Shown here: in pieces, positions 1 through 7,006 of the stretch | Numbering within the stretch: the first letter of the stretch is position 1 | How the letters are laid out: each line of letters starts with the position of its first letter | Source of the DNA: Solirubrobacter sp. | GTDB taxonomy: Bacteria; Actinomycetota; Thermoleophilia; Solirubrobacterales; Solirubrobacteraceae | Length of the DNA stretch: 64,000 bases | NCBI GenBank assembly: GCA_035555675.1 | Contig: DATMGH010000067.1 | Span: 61,442-125,441 of the forward strand | Direction of reading: 5' to 3' | Program-made: the position numbers and the translations under genes | The notes under the pieces: model-generated | Databases searched by the model: none | Seen by the model: the letters and a program-made list of their open reading frames with translations, nothing else | What the model was told of the DNA's origin: nothing

Positions 1-1
1 C

Positions 2-1333
2 GACTACGAGATGATCAACGTGCACCCGTCGCTGCTGCCGCGCTGGCGCGGCGCCGCGCCGATCGAGCGCGCGATCATGGCCGGCGACGCCGAGACCGGC
101 GTGGCGATCATGCGCGTGACCGCGGGCTGGGACGCCGGCCCGGTCTACGCGACCGCGACGACTCCGATCGGCCCCGACGACGACTACGGCACGCTCGCCG
201 CTCGCCTGCAGGACATCGGCGCCGACCTGCTGGTCGACGTGCTCGACGAGCACCCGGCCCCGCAGCCGCAGGACGAGGCGCTCGTCACCTACGCCAACAA
301 GATCGGCCCGCGCGAGCGCGCGCTGGACCCGACCGAGACCCCGGAGCAGGTCGAGCGCACGATCCGCGCGCTGCGTCCGCACATCGGCTCCCGCCTCCCG
401 CTCCCGGACGGCACGTTCCTGGGCGTCCTGGCCGCGCGCGTCGACGGCCCGACGCGCGCGCCGGCCGGCGGCCTCGTCCGCACCGAGGGCGACCGGCTCC
501 TGCTCGACTGCCACGGCGGGGCGCTGGAGCTGACCGAGATCCGCCCGCCCGGCGGCACCGCGATGCGGACGGCGGACTGGCTGCGCGGCCGGCCGGACCC
601 GGCGCTCGTCAACTTCCGGCTCGACCCGGCGCTGCCGGACCGCGAGCTCGCCGAGCTGCTCGAGCGCGCCCGCGCCGAGTGGGCCGACCTCCAGGACGAG
701 TGGCAGCCGCACGTGTGCGCGCTCGCGGCCCGGGGCGCAGCGCCCGTGACCGACGCGATGACCGAGCTGGCCGGCGACGCCGACCCGCAGGCCCGCGAGC
801 TGGCGGCCTACGTGCTCGGGCAGCTCGAGCACGGCGACCCAGAAGCGCAGGCCGCGGCGCTCGTGGACCTCGCCGCCGGCGAGTCCGACCCGGCGGTCCT
901 GTGCGCGGTCGCTGCCGCGTTCGGCCACCTGGGGGACCCGCACGGCCGCGCCTGGCTGCTGGCCAACCGCGCGCACCCGGACGCCGACGTCCGCGAGGCG
1001 GTGGCGTTCGCGCTCGGAGGCCGCAGAGGGGCGGACGTGCGCGACGCGCTGATCGCGCTCTCCGCCGATCCCGCGCCCGGCGTGCGCGACTGGGCGACGT
1101 TCGCGCTCGGCACGCTCGCGTCCGAGGACGACCAGGCGCTGCGCGACGCGCTCGCGGCCCGGCTCGACGATCCGGACGAGGACACGCGGTTGGAGGCCGT
1201 GCACGGCCTCGCGCTGCGCGGCGACCGCCGCGCCCAGGAGCCCGCGCGTGAGCTGCTCGAGCAGCACGCGGCGGACGGCGTCTGGACGCGCCACCTGCTG
1301 GCCGAGACGGCGAGCCGTCTCGGCGACGACTGA
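2..1333 (+). CDS. fmt: Methionyl-tRNA formyltransferase (5' end outside window) fused in frame to a C-terminal HEAT-repeat domain
   Basis: INVHPSLLPRWRGAAPIERAIMAGD..TGV and DAGPV Fmt motifs. After the usual Fmt end (LELTEIRPPGG..WLRGR) the ORF continues about 240 aa with HEAT-like repeats (DADVREAVAFALG, DPAPGVRDWATFALG, DPDEDTRLEAVHGL). Confidence 0.9.
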   Translation, partial: DYEMINVHPSLLPRWRGAAPIERAIMAGDAETGVAIMRVTAGWDAGPVYATATTPIGPDDDYGTLAARLQDIGADLLVDVLDEHPAPQPQDEALVTYANKIGPRERALDPTETPEQVERTIRALRPHIGSRLPLPDGTFLGVLAARVDGPTRAPAGGLVRTEGDRLLLDCHGGALELTEIRPPGGTAMRTADWLRGRPDPALVNFRLDPALPDRELAELLERARAEWADLQDEWQPHVCALAARGAAPVTDAMTELAGDADPQARELAAYVLGQLEHGDPEAQAAALVDLAAGESDPAVLCAVAAAFGHLGDPHGRAWLLANRAHPDADVREAVAFALGGRRGADVRDALIALSADPAPGVRDWATFALGTLASEDDQALRDALAARLDDPDEDTRLEAVHGLALRGDRRAQEPARELLEQHAADGVWTRHLLAETASRLGDD

Positions 1334-1334
1334 G

Positions 1335-2672
1335 CTACCAGGCCGGCGTCGCGGCCGGGTCCGCCGTCTCGGCGGGCGCGGGCGGCGGCGTCTGGGTGGG
1401 CGCCGCGGCCTCGGCCGCCGGGGCCGGCGTCTCGACCGGAGCCGGGGCAGGTGTCTCGACCGGAGCCGGAGCGGGCGTCTCGACCGGAGCGGGAGCGGGC
1501 GTCTCGACCGGAGCGGGAGCCGGCGTCTCGACCGGAGCCGGAGCCGGAGTCGGGGCGGGCGTCTCGGCCGGCGCGGGGGTCTCCGTCGGCGTGGGCGTCG
1601 GGGCCGCGGGCGCCTCGGGGACCGGCGCGCTCTGCTCCGGCGCCTCAGGCGTCGGGGTCGGGGTCGGCGCCTCCGGGGCGGGCGTCTCGGTCACCGGCGC
1701 GGGCGCCTCCACGACCGGCGGCTGCTCCTCCGGCGGCGTGGTGGGCTCCTCCGTCTGCACGGGCGGGGCGCTCTCGACGGGCGGCGGCGTCGTCGTGTGC
1801 GACTCCTCCGGCTCGTCGACGGTGATCGGCGTCGTCTGGGTGATCGGCGGGACCGGCTGCCCGTCCGGGTAGCCGTCGCCGTTGTTGTCTTCCAGGCCGT
1901 CGTCGATGCCGTCGCCGTTGGTGTCCCGGTTCAGCGGATCGGTGCCGTTGCGCTCCTCGTCGGCGTTGCTCACGCCGTCGCCGTCGGCGTCGTCGTTGCC
2001 GTCGATCACGCCGTCGCCGTTGGTGTCGATCCAGCCGCCCTTGGAGCGGATGCGGAGCTCGGTCGCCTGCGTCAGCCCGGAGCTGGTCACGACCCCGCGG
2101 TCGCTCGCGTCGTTGGCGTTGCCGCCGCGCGCGGTCTCGAAGCTGTCGCTCAGGCCGTCGTTGTCGGTATCGGGGTTCTTGAACTGGGGCGGCGCGTAGT
2201 CGGCGCTGCCGGACGCGGGCTGCGTCGACGAGCTGCGCCCGGACGTGAGGCTGGCCTGCTCCGGCGTGTCGGCCACGGGGGTGCCCGAGCCGGTCACGTC
2301 GCCGAGCGTCAACGTGGCCAGGCCGCCGGACGTGCCGGGACCGCCGGCCGCGGCCGTCCCGCCGAGCCCGGTCGTGGTCAGCGCGGAGACACCACCGAGG
2401 GCCGGGCCGCTGCCGCCGCCGCGCGAGGACGGGTGGTGCGAGGGGATCCGGGGCGCCTGCGCCTGCGCGAGCACGACCGGCGCGCCCGCGGCCTCGGGCC
2501 GCAGCCCGTCGGGCCAGTTCTTCCAGCCCACGAGCGGCGCGGCGAGCGCGCCCAGGCCAAGCGTGCCCGCGACCAGCCCGGCGGCGATCGTGCCGGCGAA
2601 GCGCAGGTCACCGAGCGCCGTGGGACGGTCCGCGCGCGCGGCCAACGAGTGAGTGCTGTCAGTGTCCGACAT
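1335..2672 (-). CDS. Membrane-anchored or secreted protein with DxDxDG (thrombospondin type 3-like) Ca-binding repeats and a Pro/Thr/Glu/Ala-rich tail
   Basis: N-terminal hydrophobic stretch; DTDNDGLSD, DTNGDGVID, DADGDGVSN, DTNGDGIDD and DNNGDGYPD motifs; ETPAPAPV repeats. Start ATG 2672 chosen from GAAGGGG upstream. Confidence 0.8.
   Translation of the reverse strand: MSDTDSTHSLAARADRPTALGDLRFAGTIAAGLVAGTLGLGALAAPLVGWKNWPDGLRPEAAGAPVVLAQAQAPRIPSHHPSSRGGGSGPALGGVSALTTTGLGGTAAAGGPGTSGGLATLTLGDVTGSGTPVADTPEQASLTSGRSSSTQPASGSADYAPPQFKNPDTDNDGLSDSFETARGGNANDASDRGVVTSSGLTQATELRIRSKGGWIDTNGDGVIDGNDDADGDGVSNADEERNGTDPLNRDTNGDGIDDGLEDNNGDGYPDGQPVPPITQTTPITVDEPEESHTTTPPPVESAPPVQTEEPTTPPEEQPPVVEAPAPVTETPAPEAPTPTPTPEAPEQSAPVPEAPAAPTPTPTETPAPAETPAPTPAPAPVETPAPAPVETPAPAPVETPAPAPVETPAPAPVETPAPAAEAAAPTQTPPPAPAETADPAATPAW
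1425..1544. repeat. Five 24-bp coding tandem repeats (ETPAPAPV on the minus strand)
   Basis: Units of the form cggcgtctcgaccggagccggagc start at 1425, 1449, 1473, 1497 and 1521. Confidence 0.95.
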
Positions 2673-2928
2673 GTGTGGCATCCCCTTCCATGGGGAGGTG
2701 TCGGCAAGTTGTACGCGGTCCATTAGCCCTGTTGGGACAAATTGATCCGGGGAGGCTGGTTTTGGACGAACGTTCGATCACGTCGGAAAAGGCTGCAAAC
2801 AGCGTGTTTTGGTGCTCAAGTATTAGACCGGAAAATGGACTTCTGTACGAGGGTTCGGCGCACCGCCGGTTCCACCGCGGACCGCGCCGCAGAGCCAACC
2901 AGAAGACCAGGCTCTCGTAAAGACTGCC

Positions 2929-4257
2929 GTGCCGAAACTGGACCTTCCATCAGGTCGGGGCTCCATCGCTCCGGCGCGTGCGTGCGCGTACGCCGTGATC
3001 CGGCGCGTGTTCGAGGACGCCGCGTGGGCGGACCGGGCGCTCTACGGCGAGGCACGTCGCTTCGAGCTCGACGCGCGCGACCTCGCCCTGGCCACCCGGC
3101 TGAGCTTCGGGACCGTGCAGCGCGTCGCCACCCTCGACCACGTGATCGAGCGCCTCGCGCGCCGGCCGTCAACTCGGCTGGACGCCCCGGTGCTGGCCGC
3201 CCTGCGGCTGGGCGTCTTCCAGCTCGTGTTCCTGGACCGCGTGCCCGCGCACGCGGCCGTCGGCGAGTCCGTCGAGCTGGCCAAGCGCGACGCGCCGCGC
3301 GGGGCCGGCCTGGTGAACGCCGTGCTGCGCCGGGCCGCGGGCCAGGCGCGAGCGCTGGTCGAGGCGCTCCCGGACGCGACGCCCGAGCAGGCGGCGCTCA
3401 AGCACTCCCACCCGGAGTGGATCGCGCGGCTGTGGTTCGAGACGTTCGGCCGCGAGACCGCGACGGCGCTGATGGCCGCCGGCAACGAGCCGGCCGAGCC
3501 GGCCCTGCGGGCCAACACGCTGCGCACCACGGCGCCGGCGCTGGCCGAGCGGCTGCCCGCGCACGCGCTCGACGACGAGACGCTGATCCTGGACGGGCCG
3601 TTCGACACGTTCTCCTCGCCCGAGTTCGTGCAGGGCCTGCTGATGCCGCAGTCGCGCGCAGCCGCGTCCGTCGCACGCGCGCTGGCGCCGCAGCCGCGCG
3701 AGCGCGTGCTCGACCTGTGCGCCGCGCCCGGCGGCAAGACCACGCACCTGGCCGCGCTGATGCGCAACCGGGGCGAGATCGTCGCCGTCGAGAAGCATCC
3801 CGGCCGCGCGCAGGCGCTCCGGCTGACCGCGGCCCGCATGGGCGCCGCGATCGTCACGGTGCGGACGCAGGACGCCACCGAGCCGCAGGGCGGGCGCTTC
3901 GACCGCGTGCTGGTCGACCCGCCCTGCAGCGACCTCGGCACGCTCGCCTCGCGCCCGGACGCGCGCTGGCGCAAGGCGGGGCGCCCGGAGGCGCTGGCCG
4001 AGCTGCAGGCCCGCATCCTGGCCGCGGGCGCGGCGGCGCTGAAGCCCGGCGGTACCCTCGTCTATTCGACGTGCACGATCTCGCCCGCCGAGAACGAGCG
4101 CGTCGTGGCAGCCTTCCTGGCCGCCCATCCGGACTTCACCGCCGAGAGCCTCGAGCCGGAAGTCTGGAAGCATCCGACCATGCCGCAGTTCCTGCAGACC
4201 CTCCCGCACCGCGACCGCACCGACGGCTTCTTCGTCGCGAGGCTGCGGCGGGCATGA
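2929..4257 (+). CDS. rsmB: 16S rRNA m5C967 methyltransferase RsmB/Sun
   Basis: NusB-like N-terminus, DLCAAPGGKT SAM motif, VLVDPPCS and YSTCT cysteine motifs, DGFF C-terminus; follows fmt as usual. Confidence 0.95.
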   Translation: MPKLDLPSGRGSIAPARACAYAVIRRVFEDAAWADRALYGEARRFELDARDLALATRLSFGTVQRVATLDHVIERLARRPSTRLDAPVLAALRLGVFQLVFLDRVPAHAAVGESVELAKRDAPRGAGLVNAVLRRAAGQARALVEALPDATPEQAALKHSHPEWIARLWFETFGRETATALMAAGNEPAEPALRANTLRTTAPALAERLPAHALDDETLILDGPFDTFSSPEFVQGLLMPQSRAAASVARALAPQPRERVLDLCAAPGGKTTHLAALMRNRGEIVAVEKHPGRAQALRLTAARMGAAIVTVRTQDATEPQGGRFDRVLVDPPCSDLGTLASRPDARWRKAGRPEALAELQARILAAGAAALKPGGTLVYSTCTISPAENERVVAAFLAAHPDFTAESLEPEVWKHPTMPQFLQTLPHRDRTDGFFVARLRRA

Positions 4258-4475
4258 ATGACGTCGACCTCGGCGCGGTCTGCCCGGCGTGCCACGAGCC
4301 GTGGCTGCGCCCGACGAACCTGCCGGGTCGCTACCGCTGCGTGAACTGCCTGCACCGCTTCGAGCTGCGTTCGGTCTGCCCCAACTGCGGGGAGCACTCC
4401 ACGATCGTGCGCATGTCGAGCACCGCGCTGTACGTCTGTGGTCACTGTCAATCCTCGATGCTCGCGCCCATCTAG
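4254..4475 (+). CDS. Small protein with four CxxC motifs (double zinc-ribbon-like), 73 aa
   Basis: ATG overlaps the rsmB stop (ATGA) and its TAG abuts the rpe ATG; contains CPAC, CVNC, CPNC, CGHC. Confidence 0.85.
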   Translation: MNDVDLGAVCPACHEPWLRPTNLPGRYRCVNCLHRFELRSVCPNCGEHSTIVRMSSTALYVCGHCQSSMLAPI

Positions 4476-5141
4476 ATGCTCAAAGGCCTCGCCCCCTCGA
4501 TCCTCGCCGCCGACTTCAGCCGCCTCGCCGAGCAGGTCCAGACCGTGCTCGACGCCGGTGCGCCCGTGATCCACGTCGACGTGATGGACGGTCACTTCGT
4601 CCCGCCGATCACGATGGGCCCGCTGGCGGTGTCGGCGATCGCCGACCAGGTCCACGCGGCCGGCGCCAAGATCGACGTCCACCTGATGATCGAGCGCCCC
4701 GAGCGCCAGGTCGACGCGTTCGCGCAGGCCGGGGCGGACTCGATCACCGTCCACGTCGAAGCGACGCCGCACGCGCACTACGCGCTGCAGGCGATCAAGG
4801 CCGCCGGCTGCCTCTCCGGGCTCGCATTGAACCCGGGCACGCCGGCCGAGGCCGTGCGCGAGCTGGCGCCCGACATGGTCCTCTGCATGACGGTCAACCC
4901 CGGCTGGGGCGGCCAGAGGTTCCTCGAACATTCGCTGAGCAAGCTGGTCCGGCTGCGGGAGCTGATCGGGCCTGACGTCGCGCTCGAAGTGGACGGCGGA
5001 ATCGACGCCGAAACGGCGGCCCGCTGCGCCGCGGCGGGGGCCACGGTGTTCGTCGCCGGCACCGCCGTGTTCGGCGCCCCGGACCCCGCCGAGGCGGCGC
5101 GCGTGATCGCCGCCGCGGCTGGTACGGCCACCCGTATGTGA
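4476..5141 (+). CDS. rpe: Ribulose-phosphate 3-epimerase
   Basis: APSILAADF, HVDVMDGHFVP, DVHLMI, MTVNPGWGGQ, EVDGGI, VAGTAVF motifs. Confidence 0.97.
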   Translation: MLKGLAPSILAADFSRLAEQVQTVLDAGAPVIHVDVMDGHFVPPITMGPLAVSAIADQVHAAGAKIDVHLMIERPERQVDAFAQAGADSITVHVEATPHAHYALQAIKAAGCLSGLALNPGTPAEAVRELAPDMVLCMTVNPGWGGQRFLEHSLSKLVRLRELIGPDVALEVDGGIDAETAARCAAAGATVFVAGTAVFGAPDPAEAARVIAAAAGTATRM

Positions 5142-5154
5142 ACGTGTTCGCGCG

Positions 5155-5526
5155 GTGACGAGAATCGAACCCGTGGACTGCACCGTCCTCATAGTCGACG
5201 ACCACCCGTCCTTCCGGGCCAGCGCGCGCGTGCTGCTCGAGTCGGAGGGGTTCCACGTCGTCGGCGAGGCGGTGGACGGGGCCAGCGCGGTCGAGGAGAC
5301 CTGCCGGCTGCGGCCCCAGCTCGTGCTGCTCGACGTGCAGCTGCCGGACATCGACGGCTTCGACGTCGCGGCCCGCATCACCGGGCATCCGGACGCGCCG
5401 GCCGTGATCCTCGTCTCGAGCCGTGATTCCTCGGACTTCGGACCGCTGGTGAGCCGCTCGGGCGCCCGCGGCTTCGTCCCCAAGGCCGAGCTGTCGGGGG
5501 AGCGCGTGCAGGCGCTGCTGCTGTGA
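5155..5526 (+). CDS. Stand-alone response regulator receiver domain
   Basis: VLIVDDH, LLDVQLPDIDGF, VSS, FVPK receiver motifs; no output domain. Confidence 0.9.
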   Translation: MTRIEPVDCTVLIVDDHPSFRASARVLLESEGFHVVGEAVDGASAVEETCRLRPQLVLLDVQLPDIDGFDVAARITGHPDAPAVILVSSRDSSDFGPLVSRSGARGFVPKAELSGERVQALLL

Positions 5527-5557
5527 CAGTCCGCCCCGCGCAATACTCTCGGACGCG

Positions 5558-6223
5558 ATGAGCGCCGACACCCCACTGAAAGTCGTCGTGGCCGAGGACT
5601 CCGTGCTCCTGCGCGAGGGCCTCGTCCGCCTGCTCGAGGACTCGGGCTTCGAAGTCGCCGGCCAGGCCGGCGACGCCGAGGACCTCCTGCGCAAGGTCGG
5701 CGCGCACAAGCCCGACGTCGCGGTGATCGACGTCCGGATGCCGCCGTCGCACACCGACGAGGGCCTGCGGGCGGCGCGCAAGATCCGCGCCGACCACCCG
5801 GGCACGGGCGTGCTCGTGCTCAGCCAGTACGTCGAGGAGGCCTACGCGCTCGACCTGCTGTCGGAGTCCACGGAGTCGACCGGCTACCTGCTCAAGGACC
5901 GGGTCGCCGACGTGGACACGTTCACGGACGCCGTGCGCCGCGTCGCCGGCGGCGGCTCGGCGCTGGACCCGCAGGTGGTCGCGCTGCTGCTCGGCCGGCG
6001 CCGCCGCGAGGACCCGCTGGACGCGCTCACCGCGCGCGAGCGCGAAGTGCTCGGGCTGATGGCCGAGGGCCGCTCGAACGCCGCGATCGCCGAGGCGCTG
6101 GTCGTGACCGAGCGCGCGGTCGAGAAGCACGTGACGTCGATCTTCTCCAAGCTCGACCTGGCGCCCACGGTCGAGGACCACCGGCGCGTGCTCGCCGTCC
6201 TGGCGTACCTGCGCTCGGGCTAG
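5558..6223 (+). CDS. NarL/LuxR-family response regulator
   Basis: VVAED..DVRMPP receiver and LTAREREVLGLMAEGRSNAAIA HTH. Confidence 0.95.
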   Translation: MSADTPLKVVVAEDSVLLREGLVRLLEDSGFEVAGQAGDAEDLLRKVGAHKPDVAVIDVRMPPSHTDEGLRAARKIRADHPGTGVLVLSQYVEEAYALDLLSESTESTGYLLKDRVADVDTFTDAVRRVAGGGSALDPQVVALLLGRRRREDPLDALTAREREVLGLMAEGRSNAAIAEALVVTERAVEKHVTSIFSKLDLAPTVEDHRRVLAVLAYLRSG

Positions 6224-6232
6224 CCCCACCAC
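6217..6232 (+). promoter_or_regulatory. Putative regulator site GGG-N4-CCCCACCAC upstream of the first ABC exporter
   Basis: GGGCTAGCCC is a perfect palindrome; the same GGG-N4-CCCCACCAC motif recurs at 34392-34407 upstream of the second ABC operon. Confidence 0.4.
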
Positions 6233-6286
6233 GATCCGCGAGTCACCCGAACGCACTCGGGCGGCGAACCGGCCATCCTCCACGGC

Positions 6287-7006
6287 ATGAACATCGTGTC
6301 GACGGCGGACCTGCGCCGCACCTACGGCGAAGGCGAGACCGCAGTGCACGCGCTCGCCGGCGTGACACTCGACTTCCCCGCCGGTCAGTTCACCGCGATC
6401 ATGGGACCCTCCGGCTCGGGCAAGTCCACGCTGATGCACCTGCTGGCCGGGCTCGACAAGCCGACGTCGGGCTCGGTCGTGATCGACGGCCAGGAGCTCG
6501 CCGGCCTCGACGACAAGGCCCTGACGCAGCTGCGCCGCGACCGCCTCGGCTTCGTGTTCCAGGCGTTCAACCTCGTCCCGGTGCTGACCGCGGAGGAGAA
6601 CATCACGCTGCCGCTGCGGCTCGCCGGGCGTGAGCCCGATCAGGCCTGGCTGGACCAGCTGATCGACACGGTGGGGCTGCGGGACCGGCTCACGCACCGG
6701 CCGTCGGAGCTGTCCGGCGGCCAGCAGCAGCGCGTCGCGGTGGCGCGCGCGCTGGTGCACCGGCCCGCCGTCCTGTTCGCGGACGAGCCGACCGGCAACC
6801 TGGACTCGCACTCCTCCGAGGAGGTGCTCGGGCTGCTGCGCCAGGCGGTCGACGAGTTCGACCAGACGGTGATCATGGTCACGCACGAGCCGTCCGCGGC
6901 CGCGGTCGCCGACCGGCTGGTGGTGCTGCGCGACGGGGTCGTCGTCCACGACGGCGACGGCCAGGATGAGGCCGGCGTGCTCGACCTGATGAAGGGCGCC
7001 GCGTGA
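6287..7006 (+). CDS. ABC transporter ATP-binding protein (MacB/LolD-like)
   Basis: GPSGSGKST, LSGGQQQR, ADEPTGNLD. Confidence 0.95.
   Translation: MNIVSTADLRRTYGEGETAVHALAGVTLDFPAGQFTAIMGPSGSGKSTLMHLLAGLDKPTSGSVVIDGQELAGLDDKALTQLRRDRLGFVFQAFNLVPVLTAEENITLPLRLAGREPDQAWLDQLIDTVGLRDRLTHRPSELSGGQQQRVAVARALVHRPAVLFADEPTGNLDSHSSEEVLGLLRQAVDEFDQTVIMVTHEPSAAAVADRLVVLRDGVVVHDGDGQDEAGVLDLMKGAA

Noticed and set aside
2767-2776. LexA/SOS box (also GAACGTGTTC near 5140)
   Set aside because: The Gram-positive box is CGAAC-N4-GTTCG; these sites have 0 and 2 spacer bases.
2672-2928. Riboswitch upstream of the surface-protein gene
   Set aside because: No recognisable c-di-GMP, c-di-AMP, SAM, TPP or cobalamin consensus could be matched by eye.
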